Below are positions 18,532 to 25,957 of a DNA stretch of 64,000 bases, piece by piece. The notes beneath the pieces are model-generated. The model saw only the letters and a list, made by a program, of their open reading frames with translations. It made no database searches and was not told the origin of the DNA. Both the position numbers and the translations under genes were made by a program. The first letter of the stretch is position 1; the number at the start of each line of letters is the position of its first letter. The stretch is from an uncultured Candidatus Saccharibacteria bacterium (GTDB taxonomy: Bacteria; Patescibacteriota; Minisyncoccia; Phycocordibacterales; JAKFXT01), in contig CAYLPX010000001.1 in assembly GCA_964385825.1 (NCBI GenBank), positions 271,959-335,958 on the forward strand, written 5' to 3'.

Positions 18532-19155
18532 ATGTCTCCCGTTATTCGCCCACATAATCAAGGTTTTTCGCTTATTGAACTTTTAGTCGTATTGGCCATT
18601 TTAAGCCTACTTTTCACAACTGTCTTTTCGCTCCTTAACTCTTCACAAGAAAGAGCTCGTGATGCAAAGCGTATTGCTGACATGAAGCGTATTCAATTAG
18701 CCGTTGAGCGATACTATGATGACTATGGACACTACCCTGACACCAACGGGCAGATTGCTTGCTTTGATTGCGGTAGTTTTTACAATACCCCTATAGTCAA
18801 TCCCGCGGCAACTGATATTCGTGCGGCCCTCCTGCCATATCTTAAAACCCCTCCAACAGACCCCCTCCCCTGGTCATCGCGCGGCGAGGCTGGATATCTG
18901 TATTGGGGACGCAGAAGTAGTTTTCAAATTACCTCTTTTTGGAATCCTGAAAATATGTTCAACTACCCAACCAGCATGAGCTACAACTGGTGGTGGTGTA
19001 ATTCTATTTCAGCCTCTGGTCAATGTGTACAGCATCCTCTAAACACAAGTGTGGTTAATTTTGCCTTTCTTGGCGCTGGAATCTGCTCAGACGGCTTTTG
19101 TAACGAATGGGGCGATCAGTGTATTGGGGGCAGGCCCACTACCTATTGCCAATAA
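18532..19155 (+). CDS. Type IV pilin-like protein with Cys-rich C-terminal domain
   Basis: Prepilin signal HNQGFSLIELLVVLAILSLL; about 10 cysteines in the C-terminal half. Confidence 0.6.
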   Translation: MSPVIRPHNQGFSLIELLVVLAILSLLFTTVFSLLNSSQERARDAKRIADMKRIQLAVERYYDDYGHYPDTNGQIACFDCGSFYNTPIVNPAATDIRAALLPYLKTPPTDPLPWSSRGEAGYLYWGRRSSFQITSFWNPENMFNYPTSMSYNWWWCNSISASGQCVQHPLNTSVVNFAFLGAGICSDGFCNEWGDQCIGGRPTTYCQ

Positions 19156-19170
19156 CTTAAAATTTTTAAC

Positions 19171-19211
19171 CAAAAATACTCCACATTTTTGTGCCGAGGA
19201 CCGGGCTCGAA
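19171..19211. repeat. 41-bp direct repeat, copy 1 (tRNA-Phe 3'-terminal 22 nt plus 19 nt of 3' flank)
   Basis: Identical to 19324-19364. Confidence 0.9.
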
Positions 19212-19292
19212 TCTTACAGATTCAGTCCCCGTGTTTGGATTTTTTCTCGCACAAGAGTGCTTGAAAAATGCTCAAACAGGCTTCGAGCCCGG

Positions 19293-19336
19293 CACGTTTG
19301 TCTCCCAGACAAACTCCTCGCGTCAAAAATACTCCA
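19293..19336. repeat. T-arm fragment in opposite orientation (ggcttcgagcccggcac) followed by hairpin tttgtct-ccc-agacaaa
   Basis: Matches the tRNA-Phe T-loop/T-stem in the orientation opposite to the gene; the same fragment-plus-hairpin module is seen at the Arg, Gly and Ser(CGA) loci. Confidence 0.7.
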
Positions 19337-19364
19337 CATTTTTGTGCCGAGGACCGGGCTCGAA
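19324..19364. repeat. 41-bp direct repeat, copy 2 (overlaps the 3' end of the tRNA-Phe gene)
   Basis: Identical to 19171-19211. Confidence 0.9.
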
Positions 19365-19417
19365 CCGGTGACCCCTTCCTCTTCAGGGAAATGCTCTACC
19401 AACTGAGCTACCTCGGC
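19345..19417 (-). tRNA. tRNA-Phe (anticodon GAA)
   Basis: Acceptor GCCGAGG/CCTCGGC, D arm GCTC-AGTTGGTA-GAGC, anticodon loop CTGAAGA, T arm ACCGG-TTCGAGC-CCGGT. Confidence 0.85.
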
Positions 19418-19427
19418 ATATTTATTA

Positions 19428-19492
19428 TCTACCAACTGAGCCCTGCCCTGTCTGCCGACAGGCAGGCTGCAAAGGCAGGTACCTCGGCAAAT
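19428..19492 (-). pseudogene. Disrupted partial copy of the tRNA-Phe 5' half (acceptor plus D arm) split by a 39-nt GC-rich insert
   Basis: The reverse complement reads TGCCGAGGTA|CCTGCCTTTGCAGCCTGCCTGTCGGCAGACAGGGCAGGG|CTCAGTTGGTAGAT. Confidence 0.55.
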
Positions 19493-19539
19493 ACCGATTA
19501 TTTATAACAGAAAAAAAGGCTATTTGCCAGTAAAAAAAA

Positions 19540-19914
19540 CTACTGTTTAACTGGGGTTTCTGGAGCCTCTGAGGGAATTTTAACCTTATTAAGAATATTC
19601 TGAATCCCGGGGGTTGTAGGGAGTTTTAGGTTTTTTGCCCCCTGTTCAGTGGCATTAAGTGTAGAGGTAAAATTGAGCAAGGCACGCCCCGTTTCAATAA
19701 CACTATAGTAGCCAGATTGAATAATATTAAAATAGGGGCGTAATTGGTAATAACTAACTCCAAGTAGACTTACAATAATGATAACCTTAAACCAGGTATA
19801 AAAACGGGACCAGCGAACATAACTTTGGATACCTTTCAGCATCTTGTTATTTTCATCTGTCTCTTCAGCTATTTTCTCAAGCAATTGTCTTCCGTACGGA
19901 TCAGTTGGTGGCAT
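19540..19914 (-). CDS. Hypothetical membrane protein
   Basis: 124 aa with one TM helix. Confidence 0.4.
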   Translation of the reverse strand: MPPTDPYGRQLLEKIAEETDENNKMLKGIQSYVRWSRFYTWFKVIIIVSLLGVSYYQLRPYFNIIQSGYYSVIETGRALLNFTSTLNATEQGAKNLKLPTTPGIQNILNKVKIPSEAPETPVKQ

Positions 19915-19969
19915 GCTATATAGTATACCACCCTAAAAATATGGCAGAAGCAAGAATCTGTGAGTAAAA

Positions 19970-19988
19970 GGTGCTCTCGGCCGGAATC
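19970..19988. repeat. Direct repeat of the tRNA-Arg(CCT) 3' end (ggtgctctcggccggaatc)
   Basis: Identical to 20104-20122 in the tRNA gene. Confidence 0.85.
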
Positions 19989-20030
19989 TCGCCCAACGGT
20001 CGCGGGTGCTTTTCCATTTCGCTCCGCTCA

Positions 20031-20071
20031 ATAAGGAAAAGCCTTTCGATTCCGGCACATAAGCAAAGCAG
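20031..20071. repeat. T-arm fragment in opposite orientation (cctttcgattccggcac) followed by hairpin ataagcaaa-gcag-tttgcttat
   Basis: Same module as at the Gly and Phe loci. Confidence 0.7.
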
Positions 20072-20105
20072 TTTGCTTATTCAGAACACCCTCATTATAT
20101 TCGGG

Positions 20106-20177
20106 TGCTCTCGGCCGGAATCGAACCGACAATAACTCCTTAGGACGGAGCAGTTATATCCATTTAACTACGAGAGC
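20106..20177 (-). tRNA. tRNA-Arg (anticodon CCT)
   Basis: Acceptor GCTCTCG/CGAGAGC, D stem GTTA/TAAC, anticodon stem GCTCC/GGAGT with loop GTCCTAA, T arm GTCGG-TTCGATT-CCGGC. Confidence 0.75.
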
Positions 20178-20186
20178 TTGTCTGCC

Positions 20187-20236
20187 ACTATACCATCAAG
20201 TTCTCCGTAGAAAAAACACCCTCTTTAAGGGTGTTT
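20187..20236. terminator. Long hairpin (ccgtagaaaaaacaccc-tcttta-agggtgttttttctacgg), a bidirectional terminator candidate
   Basis: 17-bp stem with internal A/T tracts; lies between tRNA-Arg and the grx-like gene. Confidence 0.6.
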
Positions 20237-20267
20237 TTTCTACGGACTCAACCGATAAATTAACCAA

Positions 20268-20507
20268 TTATGCTGCTACCCCTAGAGCACTCGCAAAAGC
20301 TTGTTTATCAAAACCAACCATAATTTGCCCATCAATGTCTATTACTGGTACCCCCTTCTGTCCTGACTTGTCTACCATTTCAGTAAGCTTCTCGCGATCA
20401 GCTTGAACATTATACTCGGTATACGCAATACCATTCTCCTTCATAAAATCTTTAGCCATGTTACAAAAATGGCAAGTTGGAGTGCTGTAGATTTGGATAT
20501 TTTTCAT
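20268..20507 (-). CDS. Glutaredoxin-like / NrdH-redoxin family protein
   Basis: 79 aa, CHFC active site after beta1 (IQIYSTPTCHFC), thioredoxin-fold pattern. Confidence 0.75.
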   Translation of the reverse strand: MKNIQIYSTPTCHFCNMAKDFMKENGIAYTEYNVQADREKLTEMVDKSGQKGVPVIDIDGQIMVGFDKQAFASALGVAA

Positions 20508-20621
20508 ACGCTTTTTAAATTAGTTTTTTAAAGGAATAATATTATATCAAGAATTATAATTGAGTTCCAGTTCTCCTAGAGACACGAGTAGCATCTTCTA
20601 CCCACAAATAAGGTAAACACA

Positions 20622-20642
20622 GTAGTGCGGGTAGGGGTAATC
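20622..20642. repeat. Direct repeat of the tRNA-Gly 3' end (tagtgcgggtaggggtaatcg)
   Basis: Identical to 20766-20786. Confidence 0.85.
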
Positions 20643-20663
20643 GCCCCCCTACAGGAGCAGTAC

Positions 20664-20754
20664 AGCTTTTCCTTATGTTTGCTTGATAGGAATCAATCAA
20701 ACATAAGGAAAAGCTTTTTTGATTACCCCACACAGACAAAGCAGTTTGTCTGTT
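20664..20754. repeat. 18-bp perfect hairpin, T-arm fragment in opposite orientation (ttttgattaccccacac), and hairpin acagacaaa-gcag-tttgtctgt
   Basis: agcttttccttatgtttg / caaacataaggaaaagct is a perfect inverted repeat; the module order matches the Arg and Phe loci. Confidence 0.7.
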
Positions 20755-20767
20755 TACCACAGATTTA

Positions 20768-20838
20768 GTGCGGGTAGGGGTAATCGAAACCCCGCCTCAA
20801 CCTTGGGAAGGTCGCATTCTGCCACTAAACTATACCCG
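20768..20838 (-). tRNA. tRNA-Gly (anticodon CCC)
   Basis: Acceptor GCGGGTA/TACCCGC, anticodon stem CGACC/GGTTG with loop TTCCCAA, T arm GGGGT-TTCGATT-ACCCC. Confidence 0.8.
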
Positions 20839-20882
20839 CATTAATACGCGTATAGTTTAGCAAAATAAATACTGTCCTTAAA

Positions 20883-21443
20883 CTACCTGAAAATATCCAC
20901 AAACGAACTAAAGAAGTGGTCAAAAAAGCCTCGCACCGCCCCTTTTTGAGTAAGGCTCTCATCAGTATTGGCGAGTACCACCACAGCCACCTCCTCTCCT
21001 TGCTTCATAACATTAAACTTAGACCGGATTTCATTTTCCTGTCCCGAAATAGTTCGCAATCGTTTAAGCTCACTATTTAAAAAATCCTGACGCTTAGTAA
21101 GTTCACTGAGCTCATAAGCAACTCGCTTACTATCAACCGCCGCTTCCTCACTTTTGTGGTAGAGATTCCATGTCCCCTTGACCCCAATGAGTAAAAGAAA
21201 AAACATCAAAAAGAGTATTTTCTTAGAGTAGAGTGATTCCCTAAACTTTCTTTTTTCGTTAGGTAGGCGCATTAGAAATATTGTACCATTTGAGCTACTT
21301 TTTCCTTCTACTTGGCGTCGGTGGCCCCACAACCCCTCCGCTCCCCTTTTTTTGGTTTTTCTGCTATAGTTTCCCCATTGTCCATATACATAAACGCTTA
21401 CACGTATGCTACTCAATAAAAAACATAAGAAAGTACTGAACAC
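20883..21443 (-). CDS. Possible FtsB/DivIC-like septum-formation initiator (TM plus coiled coil); N-terminal part of the ORF is doubtful
   Basis: TM helix ILFLMFFLLLIG then a coiled-coil with Leu heptads; probable start at the internal Met (MRLPNEK). Confidence 0.35.
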   Translation of the reverse strand: MFSTFLCFLLSSIRVSVYVYGQWGNYSRKTKKRGAEGLWGHRRQVEGKSSSNGTIFLMRLPNEKRKFRESLYSKKILFLMFFLLLIGVKGTWNLYHKSEEAAVDSKRVAYELSELTKRQDFLNSELKRLRTISGQENEIRSKFNVMKQGEEVAVVVLANTDESLTQKGAVRGFFDHFFSSFVDIFR

Positions 21444-21533
21444 CTTCTGGGCTCTTTTTAGCGCCTTTATTGTTCTTAGTATGGTAGGGTTCCTCCTCCT
21501 ACCACTGTTTCAGAACTAAGTACTCCTAGAGTC

Positions 21534-23351
21534 TTAGCGTTTAAAATCTTTAGGGACATCCTCGCTCCCCGCACGCATCATTTTCAAAAATACTTCTTGT
21601 GGAATACTTACTTTGCCGTGAGCCTGCAATCGCTCTTTTCCGCGCTTCTGCTTTTCCCACAACTTTCGCTTACGAGTAATATCTCCACCATAGAGGTTTG
21701 CTGTCACGTTCTTCTTAAGCGCAGGGAGTGAACGAGATGCGATAATACGACCAAGTGCCTTACCTTGGATTTTAGTCACGAAGAGTTGCTTTGGTAATAC
21801 AGAGTAGAGTCTCACCACCGCATCCTCAGCTTCTTCTTGTGCGCGATTAGTCGGTACCACACGCGCGAACGCAGGCACTTCCTCTTCAGCTACTAACAAA
21901 TCAAGTTTGGTTACCGAAGCCTTGCGAAGTGGAAGCATTTCATAGGATAGCGAAGCATATCCCGAGGAAGCGCTTTTAACCTCATCAAAAAAGTTTCGCA
22001 TGAGTTCTCTTAGCGGCATTTCAATAACGAGTGTTGTTCGCTCCTCAAAGTCTGTCGTTTCTAAAACTGAAGCTTCATGCACATAGAGAAGTTGCATGAG
22101 ATTTCCGAGGTGCTCAGGTGGAGTGATGATAGAAACCTTAGCCCACGGCTCATATACCTCAGCTACATTTCCATGCTCAGGGAAAAGGGATGGGGTGTAG
22201 ACCATTTCTTTTTTCCCATTTTTCAGTGTCACTTCGTAAATAATAGAGGGGGTAGTAATAATAAGCTCCAAATCAAACTCACGACTAAGGCGCTCAGTAA
22301 TAATTTCGAGGTGGAGCATCCCAAGGAATCCACAACGGAAACCACGGCCAAGCGAACCTGATTGCTCTTCTTCAAAAGTGAGGGAGGAGTCAGTGAGTTT
22401 AAGACGGAGAAGCGCTTGCTTAAGCGTATTAAAATCATCTTGGCTCTCTGGATACACCGATGCCCAGACCACAGGAGCGGGTGCCATATATCCAGGGAGC
22501 GCCTCAAGCTTGCCGCGGAAAGAAAGTACCGTGTCTCCCACATTCGCCACTCCTGGCTCTTTAATACCAGTTACAATGTATCCAATTTGCCCCATACCAA
22601 TTGTTTCTTGTGGTAGTGGAGTAGGCGAAAACACCCCAACCTCAAGCGCTTGAAAACGTTTGTTTACCGCATTTAACACTAGTTCATCAAAGCGCTTAAC
22701 CTTTCCATCAAACACACGCACATACAGAATAATCCCCTTGTGATCCGAATACTGGAAATCAAACACCAGACTACGGAGCCCCTCTGTAACTCCGGCAGTT
22801 GGAGCTGGCACACGAGTGATGATAGCCTCCAGTAGTTCCGCAACTCCCTGCCCAGTTTTACCCGAGGTTTCCATAATACTTTCTTCAGTACACTGGAGAA
22901 GCTTAATGATTTCCTGCTTCACCTCCGCGATTCTAGCAAGTGGCGAATCTATTTTTGAAAGCACAGGAATGATGACAAGCCCCGCATCACGCGCCATGCG
23001 GAGTGTGGTGAGCGTTTGCGCCTGCACACCCTGAGTTGCATCAACTAAAAGGAGTGCTCCCTCAACAGCCTTCATGGCGCGCGATACTTCATATGAGAAG
23101 TCTATGTGCCCTGGAGTATCAATGAGATTGAGATTGTAATCAACACCACTCAGCTTGTGGTGCATGCAAACTGGTGTCATTTTGATAGTGATACCACGCT
23201 CACGCTCAAGATCCATAGAGTCAAGCACTTGCTCACGCATTTTGCGCTTCTCAATAGTAGCCGTAACTTCAAGCATGCGGTCAGCCAACGTAGACTTCCC
23301 ATGGTCAATGTGAGCTATGATAGAGAAATTTCGAATGAATTTCGGGTCCAT
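21534..23351 (-). CDS. lepA: Elongation factor 4 (LepA)
   Basis: GTPase motifs AHIDHGKST, DTPGH, NKID; LepA-specific C-terminal domain. Confidence 0.95.
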   Translation of the reverse strand: MDPKFIRNFSIIAHIDHGKSTLADRMLEVTATIEKRKMREQVLDSMDLERERGITIKMTPVCMHHKLSGVDYNLNLIDTPGHIDFSYEVSRAMKAVEGALLLVDATQGVQAQTLTTLRMARDAGLVIIPVLSKIDSPLARIAEVKQEIIKLLQCTEESIMETSGKTGQGVAELLEAIITRVPAPTAGVTEGLRSLVFDFQYSDHKGIILYVRVFDGKVKRFDELVLNAVNKRFQALEVGVFSPTPLPQETIGMGQIGYIVTGIKEPGVANVGDTVLSFRGKLEALPGYMAPAPVVWASVYPESQDDFNTLKQALLRLKLTDSSLTFEEEQSGSLGRGFRCGFLGMLHLEIITERLSREFDLELIITTPSIIYEVTLKNGKKEMVYTPSLFPEHGNVAEVYEPWAKVSIITPPEHLGNLMQLLYVHEASVLETTDFEERTTLVIEMPLRELMRNFFDEVKSASSGYASLSYEMLPLRKASVTKLDLLVAEEEVPAFARVVPTNRAQEEAEDAVVRLYSVLPKQLFVTKIQGKALGRIIASRSLPALKKNVTANLYGGDITRKRKLWEKQKRGKERLQAHGKVSIPQEVFLKMMRAGSEDVPKDFKR

Positions 23352-23493
23352 CTGGCCATACTACAGCAAAAAACGGCTAAAAACAAAGGTAATTTAAGAG
23401 AGGAATACTAGACAAATATGTAAATATATGCTATAATTAAAAAAGGTAAGTTTCGTCCCAACTCTATGGGACTCATTGAAAAAGGAGTTTGCC

Positions 23494-23640
23494 ATGGCCT
23501 TCCTTAACAACCTGCTCAACTCGCCCTGTTTTCTGGAAACTCTCCCCCCCTGGGCAATATTGCCCGTCGTAGGCCTCAGTACCGTAGCAATAATTCTCGC
23601 CTGCCTCAAAATCGAGAATTGCATGAAGCCACGGTGCTGA
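23494..23640 (+). CDS. Small membrane peptide (48 aa), GC-rich mini-island C
   Basis: AAAGGAG ribosome-binding site, GC-rich codons, hydrophobic core, followed by a cccccgcgc-GCCA-gcgcggggg terminator. Confidence 0.4.
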   Translation: MAFLNNLLNSPCFLETLPPWAILPVVGLSTVAIILACLKIENCMKPRC

Positions 23641-23664
23641 TTCACAAATGAAGGGTTAGACGAC

Positions 23665-23696
23665 CCCCCGCGCGCCAGCGCGGGGGTTTTGTTTTC
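23665..23696 (+). terminator. Intrinsic terminator (GC stem with GCCA loop plus T-tract)
   Basis: ccccccgcgcgccagcgcgggggttttgtttt. Confidence 0.75.
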
Positions 23697-23780
23697 TATT
23701 GTTTTTTAAACCATTTTGCTATAGGCTTCTGGTAGAACGGTCCACCTCCACCATAAGCGAGAGTTTACTGAGGGAGCAAA

Positions 23781-24041
23781 ATGAAAACACTTTCGGATGC
23801 ATGGAACACCACACTGGGGATTCTGTACCTCGTGGGATCAATCTTCGTGGGCTTTTGGATCTACGCCCAGTTTTCTTTCGGGCAGATGCCGCTTCCCATG
23901 GCACTACGGATTTTCCTGATCCTCGGGGTTTACGTCACGGCAATGATCAGCTCGATTGACTTTGTGCGTAACAAGCCGCACTTAGCGCTCATCTCTTTGG
24001 TCGTCACCCTCCAGATGCTCTGGCTGGCATGCAAGAGCTGA
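23781..24041 (+). CDS. Small two-TM membrane protein (86 aa), GC-rich mini-island D
   Basis: GAGGGAG ribosome-binding site, GC-rich, own terminator (cccgcgc-GCAA-gcgcggg). Confidence 0.5.
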   Translation: MKTLSDAWNTTLGILYLVGSIFVGFWIYAQFSFGQMPLPMALRIFLILGVYVTAMISSIDFVRNKPHLALISLVVTLQMLWLACKS

Positions 24042-24055
24042 CAGCCAACCACCAC

Positions 24056-24085
24056 CCCGCGCGCAAGCGCGGGACTTTTATTTTC
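24056..24085 (+). terminator. Intrinsic terminator with GNRA (GCAA) loop
   Basis: ccccgcgcgcaagcgcggg followed by a T-rich tract. Confidence 0.75.
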
Positions 24086-24114
24086 TAGTATCTACCCGCC
24101 TAACTTAACCCAAT

Positions 24115-24160
24115 GAACGTGACGTCTATTCACGCTATAGCGTAAATAGACGTCACGTTC
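24115..24160. repeat. 46-bp near-perfect palindrome (1 mismatch) containing two GACGTC sites and a central cgctatagcg
   Basis: gaacgtgacgtctattcacgctatagcgtaaatagacgtcacgttc. Confidence 0.8.
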
Positions 24161-24263
24161 ACTTTCCCTATTTCTCTATTTTTATATTCTGAAATCACTA
24201 ATCTTCTTCGCTTGCTCCTATTTACATTCGCAAATCTTAGAACACAAATCTTCCCTTAATCTC

Positions 24264-25940
24264 CTACACTTCTTGCGAGGCTACTATTTCTTCTTTTCTA
24301 AAACGTTTACTGAAGGCTAGTATTACTTCCTTAAACTCCTGGTTCTTTAATATGTGTAGTAGAAAAGCTCCTGCAATTATTCCAAGAACTCCCGCCAAAA
24401 ATCCCTGCAAGAAAACACCTTTAAACGTATTGAGATTTAATACAGAACCCAAGTAATCAAGTGCATAATACGCTACCAATCCCATGAAAATAGCAGAGGC
24501 GAAACTGTGGAAGGCTGTAGCCCCAATCTCTAACTTTGCTACCTTAAAATCTCTTTTGAATAATATGAAGAAAAGCATAGTATTAATAAGGGCTCCTACT
24601 GAAAAAGCGAGTGGCAAAATGAGAACTGCTGTACCATTAACACCCTCAACTCGAAGCAAGTGCTCCATAAAAATCTTAAACATCCCATTGGTAGCAAAAG
24701 AACGTAGTCCTACAAAAGCCACCAACATGGTACTTAGTCCCGAAACAAGCCCTACCCACAAAGCTTCCTTATTGCGACGAGTGGCATAGTAAGCTCTAAC
24801 CAATAACAACGAGAGACTTTGTGCCAACACTGAAACCACAAAGAGGGCGAGGCAGGCCGCAGTAAGTCTAGTGTCTTGCCAGGTGAAATTACCGCTACCT
24901 AAAATAACTCGTACGATTTGAGCGCGGAGTACTATGAACAGTACCGTAATTGGAAACACCCAAAACATAATGTGGCGCACTGCACTACGCACCTGCGATA
25001 TAAATGCCTCCATATCCCCCGCCCCGAAAAATCGTGCAAGCACTGGGAAAGTTGCCACGGAGTAAGAAGCGCCAACTAATGTAAGCGGTATGTTCTGCAT
25101 ATTCTGTGCGAAGTTCATAACTGCCACTGACCCAGCGCCAATCGTCGTAGCAATACCCGTTAAGAGCAGTAAAACTAGCTGGTTCATGCCGAGCGCTACC
25201 CCACGAAACAATGAGAGCTTTCCTGCTTGAGTAATATCATCCCAAAGCACGTGAAAAGTGAGGCGCGGAAGTAACCCCTCTTTGATGACAAATGGTAGTT
25301 GTATACCCATGTGCATAAAAGCTCCGAGTAGTACTCCAAAAGCTAGCCCCGTAACTCCAAAGGCGGGGTAGAAGAACAGAATACCTACAATAATCCCAAC
25401 ATTGTAAAGAATCGGTGAGAGACTTGTGATGTAGAAACGGTTATAGAGCTGTACCACCGTAGCCAGAAGTCCAGAGAAAGAAAAGAAAAAGGGCGACAAA
25501 AGTAATATACGCATGAGTGTAATGAGCGTATCGCCATATGCCCCAAAGGCAAGACCGGGGAATAGTATTTTTGCTAACTGTGGTGCGAACACAAAAGCAA
25601 GAAAAGCAGCGAGGGCAATAAGGACGAAGGAGACAGTGAAGAGACTATTGAGAAGTCCCTTAGCCCTCTCCTTCCCACCCTCTTCAAGAGCCCCATCAAT
25701 AAGCGGGATGAGTACAGCGAGCGAGAGAATAGCGGCGACGCAGTAAAAGATGAAGTCCTGCACCCTAAAGGCGGCATAGTAGATATCCAAAACTGGGCCA
25801 GCACCAAACGTACTAGCTAACAGGCGGTCGCGCACAAGACCTAAGAGCTGGGAGAGAAAAGCAGAAAGCGCGAGTAGGTATGCCGCATGATGAATGCTCC
25901 CCACATCGCGCCCAAGGAAACGGAAGAATTTCTCTACCAT
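24264..25940 (-). CDS. murJ: Lipid II flippase MurJ (MviN)
   Basis: 558 aa with 14 TM helices; MurJ N-terminal pattern (LSQLLGLVRDRLLASTFGAG). Confidence 0.85.
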   Translation of the reverse strand: MVEKFFRFLGRDVGSIHHAAYLLALSAFLSQLLGLVRDRLLASTFGAGPVLDIYYAAFRVQDFIFYCVAAILSLAVLIPLIDGALEEGGKERAKGLLNSLFTVSFVLIALAAFLAFVFAPQLAKILFPGLAFGAYGDTLITLMRILLLSPFFFSFSGLLATVVQLYNRFYITSLSPILYNVGIIVGILFFYPAFGVTGLAFGVLLGAFMHMGIQLPFVIKEGLLPRLTFHVLWDDITQAGKLSLFRGVALGMNQLVLLLLTGIATTIGAGSVAVMNFAQNMQNIPLTLVGASYSVATFPVLARFFGAGDMEAFISQVRSAVRHIMFWVFPITVLFIVLRAQIVRVILGSGNFTWQDTRLTAACLALFVVSVLAQSLSLLLVRAYYATRRNKEALWVGLVSGLSTMLVAFVGLRSFATNGMFKIFMEHLLRVEGVNGTAVLILPLAFSVGALINTMLFFILFKRDFKVAKLEIGATAFHSFASAIFMGLVAYYALDYLGSVLNLNTFKGVFLQGFLAGVLGIIAGAFLLHILKNQEFKEVILAFSKRFRKEEIVASQEV

Positions 25941-25957
25941 ATCCCTACTACTGTTTG

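Noticed and set aside
19189-19507. Four overlapping ORFs over the tRNA-Phe region
   Set aside because: They overlap an intact tRNA and its fragments or repeats. No coding signal.
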